Origin: a virus | Reading direction: 5' to 3' (one strand) | Virus record (IMG/VR): IMGVR_UViG_3300009130_001805 | Coordinates: 1-64,000 of that record | DNA: 64,000 bases | Shown: positions 59,201 to 64,000 of the stretch, in pieces | Position numbering within the stretch: position 1 is the stretch's first letter | Layout: each line of letters begins with the position of its first letter | Translations under genes and position numbers: made by a program | Notes under the pieces: model-generated | Database searches by the model: none | The model's input: the letters and a program-made list of their open reading frames with translations, nothing else | Told to the model about the DNA's origin: nothing

Positions 59201-60494
59201 ATCCACTAGTGGAGCAGATTTATACCTTGGAGGATTTGAGTTAACCCAACCCGGACAGAGAGTAAGAAACCCAGCTTTATATGGTAAGACGAGAAAAGAA
59301 AGACAAGGAAAATTTTTAGGAGGATTAATAAAGCTCGCCGGAGGCGGAACTGTTAATTATGACGCTTCAAGAGTTACAAGGTCTTCTCGCCCCGATGTGG
59401 CTGGCTCAGAAAGGTCAGGAAGGGCGATGACAGGATATGATACAAAAGGTAGAGATATATATAACTCTTTTGCGATGGGAGGCCAAGTCCCGACACTTCA
59501 GAAAAAAGATATTTCTATTGGGCATGATTTAATAGATAGAATCTCTACCCCAGATAGCTTGAATCTTAACCTTGATGACTTTGAGGTTCAAGAGGTGGAT
59601 AATGCTTTTCAGCTTCCTGATTCTATTCTCAATTCTGTTTCTAATAAAGGTTCTGTTTTTAATCCCGCTATAATTTCTACGATGGCAAAAGGGTTTGACT
59701 ATCTTGCCTCAAGAAAGCAAAAGGGTGGAGATATAACTGCCCCGCTAGACCCCATGGGAATGCTGGCGCTAGCGCTTGGCGGAGTAGTTAACTCTTCAAA
59801 AAAAATTGCATCTTCTGTTTTAGGTTTAGCAAAAGGAGGTTTAACAAATTTAAAAATCAAACCTGATCTTTCTACTGGGGTCACTGCTCACTTATTAAGT
59901 ACCTACAAAAATAGTAATCGCCATGGCAAGGCAGGCGCAGACTCTATGTTCTCACAACTAGGAGCAACGATAAAAACCGCAGGACTAAGACATAACAATG
60001 AAAATCAAACTACAGGCAAAATACAGAAATCTCACATCCTTAGCGAAAAGGCTCTCGGAGGCCCCATTGAATTACAAGCGCTAACAAAATATTCTTCTGG
60101 AGGCAATGTAACCGGAGGTTCTGGAGTAAGAGATGATGTCCCTGCTCTCTTATCTGAGGGAGAGTATGTTATAAGAAAAAGCTCTGCCCAAAAATATGGA
60201 GCAAACTTTCTCAACCAACTTAATGCGGGTACTAAAGCGGTTAGCAGATTTGCTGAAGGCGGGGCAGTTGGGGAAACAGAATCTTCTCCGTCCATCTCTG
60301 AGTCTAAAGAAGTCACTCATAATATATCTCAGAATTTTACTTTTAATATTTCAAAAGATGGGTCAAGCTCCGAAAGTGAAGAAGGTGACGACATGAGCGA
60401 AAACGAAAGAGAAAAAGAATTTGGAAGAAGGGTGCGCGTAGCCTGCCTTAAGGTTATAGAAGAAGAGCGCAGAATTGGAGGCTTACTGCATTAA
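47235..60494 (+). CDS. Giant tape measure protein (about 4,420 aa) with internal cassettes
   Basis: TP901-like N-terminal core (EFSRQG, GNVIGNSFKTIFTRI, VGGVFQINIL), long helical regions, two D.VPALL..GEYVIRK modules; ATG 47235 follows SD AAGGA. Confidence 0.88.
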   Translation: MARPVRIPAQQQGFEKSVMDAVNRLNRSGQLKLNVNSRSFTQPLGKITASADEFTKSLEASNARVIAFGASVGIINAVSNAFKSLVIQTMEVQKQMAEINVVMQTGTEGLQKMQTGLFKIAKETAQSFSVVTEAALEFSRQGLSMEKTLLATKQAMILTRITALDAAEAVKGLTAAVNGFVDAGISHTQVVNKMSAVDVNFAVSTEDLIHGLERAGAVAQDAKVNFDELMGAITAAQQITARGGNVIGNSFKTIFTRIQRSSTINRLEELGIAVKDLEGRTLPAMKILKELAITYDGLADSTKAAVAEQVGGVFQINILKAALKDLGRENSVFARATEISNRATDEATKKNEALNKTLSALAAQTGTSIQQLSEAIGKLSMGGGIEKVLKTINTIAEGMFKGIESEGIGGDLARGLLKGMGNILSGPGLILVGGMFVKLFGEVTKFATKSMANIIGITTQKQKQKAVEEAILKVMMENEGIEASLLAMGKNRVLQEEHVLKLIKQQAAAARERAAIAAAVAPGLVRSGVKGPSLSIKGGAAGGIIPASERNAERKGAISAGYSPGKVSSTKIKGVGDVVYNKAESIKEFPGMQQKAIMPPESSRAGSKYAKAFKKAHGFDPYAPSGFIPNYGIVGARGSASLALSRTNMVTHGTGRGQNTRAMDKKYGESGEKLFATETARFVNKNTPEEKRNLLGRIMTRLLDKGIVNFTRPGYFQKESFKTNRRSSEKDFDQFERHMVKQLSSEGYKSTGRVIDPKTRKVEAGNNQYPQDAFAKGKVPREFKINRIDEKDILSKSIRRTTDLDPQDILNGKYTRGDITKGNEFIQVLRNNFGPSSGNHDEILMGLVNKFQKSNLDSALNLLRQKKIDVPAGEEAYTAAIHGLHRGFIPNYIGRRRMPSKAHLEKAKKSIDIYRKLTLSRKRSRDYDGNLATEISNAWGLKDPTHSTIVKTFGRIKTDKSAHKTVNEEVLDIMANPAKYKDLFKKNNLPAPDWSASQGKSALNLFTKEGKFGTLDKVKMGQKSKLDGDDWEQTVRDIFKKGIKSGSITDLNTIKKNFPLDFKGDKGFLDATLNVHKLRVMHHKIARTLAQQNPSALKRLLLKGKDFDGVEALGGLAEISKVSSGIRSLSRMKNSRSLFPEGKFVGGVGQSTEDFSRNMQKWYDGLTPAQQSTAQSSQMSGSWKVQSPQEYQMAASGFVPNFIRMINPSKDRSFLLKMWQDKLKKAKSISRSGKPRIETDPQVSKLNAEANHIWDQIQLLKKGKPYSIPNFANISKIRELAKRGKGGEKANAQRMLEKFSIKSKGMFDDMIIDDFLRDPKMSYKGPWGDTVTDYLLSKGYDKNQILKASKSPSSYARAAGGVIPNFVRWIKNPKGGKDLPSPDIDPRTGRPSGIYTSRDIHEMKAKGYMRTDEKGWHYVGKGKVKSAEAKIKEERRLMAMATIGLRGSGKAWMHPKTGKMYTGSDHQQIAADNGLFNNGMVRDYVRITKSDRSLYIDKKGLDVSSEAMGKLKNIAQDDYYKIIEDRGILGEKVLFDPKTGPFSGGHVPNFAMADVIRKYQSRKSSRLNKDQFNATSAALTKFNAVNGLFARTALAGTSRVRLTERNFNKVRQFINSKEFRQLDKLTQNKVLVDLKSQSQSLGLPDVTRGYGQHRNPLFEGRIAASSGLIPNFSNPLSQAISREKAAGVPENMIRISQSDRLKGPKNPSGLAVINTRDEPMGINQGINRSISMGIDPKSHGASQGVVPNFTNPLAPGSVGPAGSQLSDILKKIGVSGNQLVSILTQLTPEFNKFRANLSSGGTAANQHARKVTSMISSLGLEEAQTKQLMREFSNLGTTANTGASKLKSFISQLGAKLGQGPLGQAASDVMKSGPVQAVAGSGGMFSMFNQGLQGNVTPSTSRAGRAGQAVNKLHGKVSSPGMQMGMMMAPMMTEMMAESIRGNKPKYERSKASRATTGAISGLGDIAMYTAMGSMFGPWGTAIGAAVGATIALTKVFNEASLSLEDIQQRNASYAAEMQKVTGSIQGYEKSVAAVNQARKSGNFNATVRASQNEMNARADLRLSMGSSFADKYIKETDKNKKAELALKAFDAQAAVSSLASSEELIKGLSEQDLAGWSLVNFGGEASDDIRQAANDNSKNAQAYQSAENSMMRAGRNLQSLEGVLDDRGKEELKDFFNDDRFNRLATGTGTGPSYSNDVAEDMAEELSELMLRLQGNIDDDIGGENLALIQKQLRAFSDTIGDLDESDEIQATFGNLKKGMDLRVREELDLRSKHARQLMQEFNRFERQLSVVFADITHQFKSIDIMDGAISAGQRQSSEMMMRSVESTGMLGLETQARLRGSLQSDQISSKYSQEISGARRDAQLGFSKQLSGKNFSEALTGSLGDPSKSGKTMLPKVMGEFLKDSSQSIEEREKLMQGEITDGFKNFVLNRTEDLNFKALKDEIESEGFSKIDKQISDSEGLLAKYRKGNDGRTEFQGGKSESIYRSQGEGMPGVGQDLINKGGTVAKDFAFKGSGSSYESLSHLFDIKGQEGKGSINNARIRRNLTFTDTEKDLNDISSGGINYFNDTIKHLIKKSLGSDPKVAGFENVDEINQAFDDFMQRKVTETATIVGAGVSYSEQGTLDFSDVLNDEIKSQVESIRQSAIDKIKKGNELDQIKSMLDPSSDGFSKDIKEISESLKTTDVGKELFKSLEELDRVQSLLKQRMAAEEALLKQQTEFAIAQAGIMDASQAQIREAQRSLSRVELNNQGQFVNKGIEAEKRALKAANARELEMSAAQANYNNIGLTSGSKEFLATRAVEDKRKLQEPALIAKETEIASEKINQLFTPEKYATLLPPALELGEVAKERAADLERQRKDNEKNIEIFKRSFRTVMGVAEDAEIEGKGGVKAQYTEASTTDKPPSQAQTDAYNNLINAESKRGFLADQQSKAGGPHTKVVLDAMNSYQEDITAYNDSFKGISDAFKNAPRDNEKDLSAAVEGLKASIGEEILKFYSKDTAFGTKDQFQNLLKGAGEGTADYQALQVANNQFQSNKEAFITKNGEANIGKLGENFEDMLNEATTSVANLREAFQQAGKDASAAEKEIALQRIANDKAATAATKLAARTRSVADSMTDLGSALSHINELSLQFIQASLDTDMGQAGMTSSQISKRQRDFDLIREVSQGRDQLQRQSKEATSSFISQIQGLDIDDSIKKEFLGNFDNKETKAGIVNAESFKAAAENVLSNTNFYSDAKFAQGVPAFGKKGASEEDINNFANNTSAREALRAEIEKSTNAIKLNEQTIGREVSYRQRLNSLLDQNARYMQSFGAGVSGAMSSIKERLENFRRTEGETLVSSMNEGFKRNAMGDYGEGESFFSIINDRNREIVAQRNADAATNIVFGDQIGKTLEAFGVEGAAEKYDMGKFWDPEGNEQKRANEKMLTSFNETGSLGDDSLDFLRSDLLSSKDIQAVTADNTRKMVELLQSMKEQGFAGGNMGDGSTVMSQETATKEGQQRMVGALNNQTKQDATNTDSLKSTVTQSSSDSAGVISTMLGSAIGTFKSVSGINNDFQSGQWGDAGRSVFDGARAATTKVGDWLDDDEKKAFRGGYISRFNFGGRVPQFGGDHNTDNVPALLTGGEYVIRKDSVEKYGKDYFEKLNKGLIPKEFEDGGDVKKAERSWLSKKITKMQSNFSNEMNQFKNMKQGMEASEGSFASMFGSGKTNRRSKVNMGMTKNEGTGSFWTQPKVSKDDFGNDVVELNSDLTGPAETEMNWSNIGNAAQQGLNLVGNVAKGYQNYKQGKKNRAAELAKARAQEDEKRRKRDYQLLKPLEYYDMAATQIDLGGLSGKSSIDQGKLRLSAAAMTGQIQGDRYGTLLVNVQRATHQNKINDRLFDIEYAKQAAYAKAVDKYEKKKMIADSLIQVGGSIASFAGAGQFMQVANMTKDLAGGAQALFGVQDRSQVKPASLSEVMKQSKERREDFSGPAMDIHQYGSFQRLQQRYANVKSGSTSGADLYLGGFELTQPGQRVRNPALYGKTRKERQGKFLGGLIKLAGGGTVNYDASRVTRSSRPDVAGSERSGRAMTGYDTKGRDIYNSFAMGGQVPTLQKKDISIGHDLIDRISTPDSLNLNLDDFEVQEVDNAFQLPDSILNSVSNKGSVFNPAIISTMAKGFDYLASRKQKGGDITAPLDPMGMLALALGGVVNSSKKIASSVLGLAKGGLTNLKIKPDLSTGVTAHLLSTYKNSNRHGKAGADSMFSQLGATIKTAGLRHNNENQTTGKIQKSHILSEKALGGPIELQALTKYSSGGNVTGGSGVRDDVPALLSEGEYVIRKSSAQKYGANFLNQLNAGTKAVSRFAEGGAVGETESSPSISESKEVTHNISQNFTFNISKDGSSSESEEGDDMSENEREKEFGRRVRVACLKVIEEERRIGGLLH

Positions 60495-60499
60495 TTATT

Positions 60500-62491
60500 A
60501 TGAGCATTCGTTCTAGCTTAGGCTCTTATGAGCAGAGAGTGCTAATCAACAACACTTTTATACCCGGCGTAATAAGTTTTGATGCGTCATACCAAACCTC
60601 CGAAGTTCCTGTAAACGCAATCGGAAAAGGGTATGCCCAAAGCTTAATCGAGTCTCCTCCAGCAGGAGCCTTTAGTATGACAAGGAACCTTATCTACGCC
60701 GACCCATTAATAAATTTTACAGGAGACAACCCAATGAAAATAAGAGTTGTTTATCCTGATGGCAGCAATGTCGGAGATGGATCTTTAGACATCAAGGACG
60801 CCTATCTAGGCGAATATTCAGTCAACTGCTCAATAGGAGATTTACCTAAAATATCAACGACTTTCGATGTTTATGATGAGATGGGGTCTACTATATTTTT
60901 TGATGATAATTATATAGACCCAAATTTTTTAAATCGCTCCGTATGGAAAAATGAATCAGTAGAAATCAATCCCGATACTAATGGCTTTCCCACTGAAAGT
61001 CCCCGAGGATTAGCAGAGGCAGCTGTAATCAAATTTGGAAATGACTCGACTGGCAAATCAAGAATTAAAGCGCTCTTGCAAGGAGCAGCAATGCAAGACT
61101 CTTTTCTTTTAAGCTTTCAAGTTAAACCTATAACCACCCCATTAGGAAGCCAGCTATCTATATATCTAACTGGTTGCAATGCCGGCTCAAAAGGCAGGAA
61201 GGATATCGACATAAATCAACTCACTGAAGGGGAGTGGACAAAAGTTAGCGTAGAATTAGTTAGGGATCAAACAGACGGCATAAGTGCAAACCCAGATCTA
61301 ATCATAGAAGGAACTCCGGACTTAAAGCTTGGATTATTTAATTTTAACTTTATTAAAACTGAAGAATTAGAAATTCCAGAGAAAGAAATTATTCCTACTA
61401 TGGGAAGCATTCATGTATCTTGCGATGGGAGTGAAACAAACTCAGTCACTAGTTTCAACTATTCTATAAGCATAAACCGAAAACCTTTTCATGTCGTCGG
61501 TGACCTCAAGCCGAAAGAGATAGAAACAATATACCCATTTGCTATTTCTGCAGACTTCACTATGGAATTGAACGATTATGAAGTTCGGAATATGAAAGAC
61601 GTATTTACCGGAAGGAGAGAAAGAGACGTCAATATCAAAATAAAAGGGAGGCAAAATACAATCAATGCAGAATCTGAATTCTCCCATATAACAGATACTA
61701 TGAGTAGGCCTGACAGCAGGCCATTTAATAGCTTACTTAATGGACTTACTTCTAAAGATTCTACAAATCTTTTTAGCGACACAAATTACGGTGGAACACC
61801 GATTCCAGTAACACCCAGTTCGCCAGCTAAAGGAGCTAGCGTATGGAGAATTTTTAAGAAACGAGCTTTTAAGAATGATCGCTCTTTTTTAGTCGGCGTA
61901 ATAGGCAGATCAATTAAAGATTATTTCGGTTTTGGAACTCCTTATACATTTTCGACTCATGCATGGGTTCCAGCTTTCATGAATGCAGGTAATGATTTTC
62001 AACAAATTACTGCGGGACAATATGATAGCTCAAGCTTGACTAGCATAGATCAAATTTTAGTTAAAATTGGAACTCCAGAAGTCATAGACATAGCAGACCC
62101 CTCAAGCGTTAATCCAATAAACAATTTTGACTTAGAATTTTGGCAGAGACCATCTATAAGTTTTACTCCATCCGCAAGCGATTCAACCACTCACCCTGAC
62201 TTTTTTGTAATTTATTCTGTGGATCTTCCTGATACCCTTGACGCTTATATTTATCTTTCTTCTCTGCAAATCGAAAACGCGTCAAAACCTTCTTCTGTTG
62301 GTGAAGACACAGTTTTCAATCTTTCAGTAACAAACGCTCAACTGGTCGGCGAAACTTTTGGTGGAGATTCAAATGATGGATCAGTTGTTAATTTATCTTA
62401 TAAAGGCTATATTAATAAACCCCCTCCAAAGTGCGTTGGCGGCGGATCAACAATGGAAAGCTTTAAAGAAATTAATTGGGACGCAGTATGA
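60500..62491 (+). CDS. Tail-tube-fold/baseplate-proximal protein with inserted carbohydrate-binding-like domains
   Basis: DAYLGEYSVNCSIGDLPKIS and VTSFNYSISINRKPFHVVG...YPF resemble the tube paralogues; follows the TMP. Confidence 0.55.
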   Translation: MSIRSSLGSYEQRVLINNTFIPGVISFDASYQTSEVPVNAIGKGYAQSLIESPPAGAFSMTRNLIYADPLINFTGDNPMKIRVVYPDGSNVGDGSLDIKDAYLGEYSVNCSIGDLPKISTTFDVYDEMGSTIFFDDNYIDPNFLNRSVWKNESVEINPDTNGFPTESPRGLAEAAVIKFGNDSTGKSRIKALLQGAAMQDSFLLSFQVKPITTPLGSQLSIYLTGCNAGSKGRKDIDINQLTEGEWTKVSVELVRDQTDGISANPDLIIEGTPDLKLGLFNFNFIKTEELEIPEKEIIPTMGSIHVSCDGSETNSVTSFNYSISINRKPFHVVGDLKPKEIETIYPFAISADFTMELNDYEVRNMKDVFTGRRERDVNIKIKGRQNTINAESEFSHITDTMSRPDSRPFNSLLNGLTSKDSTNLFSDTNYGGTPIPVTPSSPAKGASVWRIFKKRAFKNDRSFLVGVIGRSIKDYFGFGTPYTFSTHAWVPAFMNAGNDFQQITAGQYDSSSLTSIDQILVKIGTPEVIDIADPSSVNPINNFDLEFWQRPSISFTPSASDSTTHPDFFVIYSVDLPDTLDAYIYLSSLQIENASKPSSVGEDTVFNLSVTNAQLVGETFGGDSNDGSVVNLSYKGYINKPPPKCVGGGSTMESFKEINWDAV

Positions 62492-64000
62492 ATTACATTA
62501 ATTACAGTGAATGCATTGTCACCCTGAACAATCGCCGAGTATTTGCCACTAAAGCCTCGATTTCGGTAAACAACAATGTTAAAGGCACTAGAAATATTGA
62601 CTCTACTCCTCATAGGCAAGTTATGTCTAGCCCTATACAAGGCAAAATGGATTTAGACTTTTACATCACAGATGAATTTGAAGATCTAAACCCAATGAGA
62701 ATTTCAAATTGTTCCGTGGAGGCGAACATAGTTAGAAACTCTAATTTTAGTAGCTCCAGACAAAACCCATTAATAAACGAATACGAGCGGAGCTCTAAAT
62801 ACCCCAGAGGAAACTACGGAGAGTTTTCTTCAAATAACCAAATGCTTGCAGGATGGAATTTTAAAACTAGCCATAAGACTATAGAGGTAAAAGTTGGACT
62901 TCCTGAATTCAAAGAGGGTGGGGCAAATTATCAGGGGCATGGAATAGGTAATGGCTCAGCATTGGTTATAATAAATAAAAGAGACAATCATCCCGATTGG
63001 GACAGCGAAAATAATTACGCCGAAAAAGATGTAGTAAAATTCGGCCAAAATTGGTGGAGAAGTTTATCTAACAATAAAAATTCAATGCCTCAATTAGGTT
63101 TAGATTGGGAAATTTACCCCAAAAACTGGGACTCTGATAGTGATTACAAACTCGGGGACATAGTATCCTATAACAGCATTCACTGGAGAGCTAAAAGAGC
63201 AAGCAGAAACATAGATCCTGCAACTGGAGATTACTGGGAAAAGTATCACAGTTTACTCGGCGCTGGCGCAGCAGAAATTTCTCAAAAGGATATTTTTGAA
63301 GTTGGGGAAAATTATATGGTAGAGATCATTGCCAAGTCTAAGATTGGCAAAATGAACACAGCCATCCGAGTAAACGATGCGAATGAAGTGGGCATTTTGT
63401 CCGATCAATATCAGACTTATTTATTTGAAGTTACCGCCAGCAGTAAAGACTTAAGGTTTCAATTTAAAGGAGATGATTTTTTTGGCCAGACAGTTTATAT
63501 TGGGTCGGTTAAGGCTTACTTGAAGAAAGGCGATAGATTCCACGATGGATTTTCTGGATCTATTGGAGCCTTAACTTTTAGCGATGCCTACATGACTAAA
63601 TTTTCTTTTTCGGCAAGGCCTTTTTCTCCCATTTTAGCTAGCGCATCATTCGATATATATGGGCCAGTATCAGGTCAACCTTCTAGAGATAGCTTTTGCG
63701 AAGGGAATTCAAATTTTCATAATAATGGAATACTTAATGTAAATGACAATGAAGAAATTTTTGACTCTAATATTCCGCACTCCGCGAAGAGTTTATTTTA
63801 TTCTCTTACTGATGTAGGCATATCAGACAGCCTTGAATTTTCATATAACCTTTCTATAGGCCGGAAAGCTAGTCATCAAATTGGAGATTTATTTCCCCGT
63901 ACAGTTACCAGAGGAAGTAGTTCTGTCTCTATGACCCTCAGGGGAGAAGGCCTGAAAGACGCCTTATCGTTTAACGGCAATGACGCATCAATCTCAATCT
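62488..64000 (+). CDS. Tail-tube-fold/baseplate protein with CBM5/12-like repeats, partial (runs off the right edge)
   Basis: ATG overlaps the upstream TGA; MNYINYSECIVTLNNRRVFA...; WDSENNYAEKDVVKFGQNWWR, WDSDSDYKLGDIVSYNSIHWRAK; FSDAYMTKFSFS; EFSYNLSIGRK...IGD. Confidence 0.6.
   Translation, partial: MNYINYSECIVTLNNRRVFATKASISVNNNVKGTRNIDSTPHRQVMSSPIQGKMDLDFYITDEFEDLNPMRISNCSVEANIVRNSNFSSSRQNPLINEYERSSKYPRGNYGEFSSNNQMLAGWNFKTSHKTIEVKVGLPEFKEGGANYQGHGIGNGSALVIINKRDNHPDWDSENNYAEKDVVKFGQNWWRSLSNNKNSMPQLGLDWEIYPKNWDSDSDYKLGDIVSYNSIHWRAKRASRNIDPATGDYWEKYHSLLGAGAAEISQKDIFEVGENYMVEIIAKSKIGKMNTAIRVNDANEVGILSDQYQTYLFEVTASSKDLRFQFKGDDFFGQTVYIGSVKAYLKKGDRFHDGFSGSIGALTFSDAYMTKFSFSARPFSPILASASFDIYGPVSGQPSRDSFCEGNSNFHNNGILNVNDNEEIFDSNIPHSAKSLFYSLTDVGISDSLEFSYNLSIGRKASHQIGDLFPRTVTRGSSSVSMTLRGEGLKDALSFNGNDASISI

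Noticed and set aside
47178-60396. Many short ORFs antisense to or nested in the tape measure gene and other long genes
   Set aside because: Shadow ORFs with no recognisable motifs or expression signals.

Overview
This is a 64-kb segment of a large, AT-rich tailed dsDNA bacteriophage genome (standard genetic code, dense coding). I found no rRNA, tRNA, CRISPR array, integrase or intein. Bases 1-30.7 kb are all on the minus strand. They encode a tail-fibre-like gene, a split tail-tube paralogue, ClpC, a DnaE-type polymerase split into PHP, exonuclease and core genes with a JmjC oxygenase inserted, a PD-(D/E)XK nuclease, primase, DnaB, RecA, an acyl carrier protein, Hsp20, two exported proteases, NrdAB (beta subunit class Ic-like) with a Nudix gene, and a glycosyl-/methyl-/sulfotransferase cluster. 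A divergent intergenic region at about 30.8 kb carries phased repeats and may be an origin. It is followed by dUTPase, dNMP kinase, a phage sigma factor, SSB, a GT4 and an APS-kinase/nucleotidyltransferase fusion. The rest is the tail module: an S74-chaperone fibre, tube paralogues, neck genes, putative chaperones, a roughly 4,400-aa tape measure protein and further tube-fold proteins. The most notable signals are: (1) an array of unrelated cassettes, some nuclease-like, inside the tape measure protein, delimited by a repeated G-x-(I/V)-P-N-(F/Y) motif; (2) a recurring GTGTA(A/T) promoter-like motif, often exactly 9 nt before ATG, alongside leaderless sigma70 promoters; (3) apparent avoidance of CCWGG; (4) a tyrosyl-radical-less RNR beta subunit. 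All family assignments come from motif recognition by eye; no database search was run.
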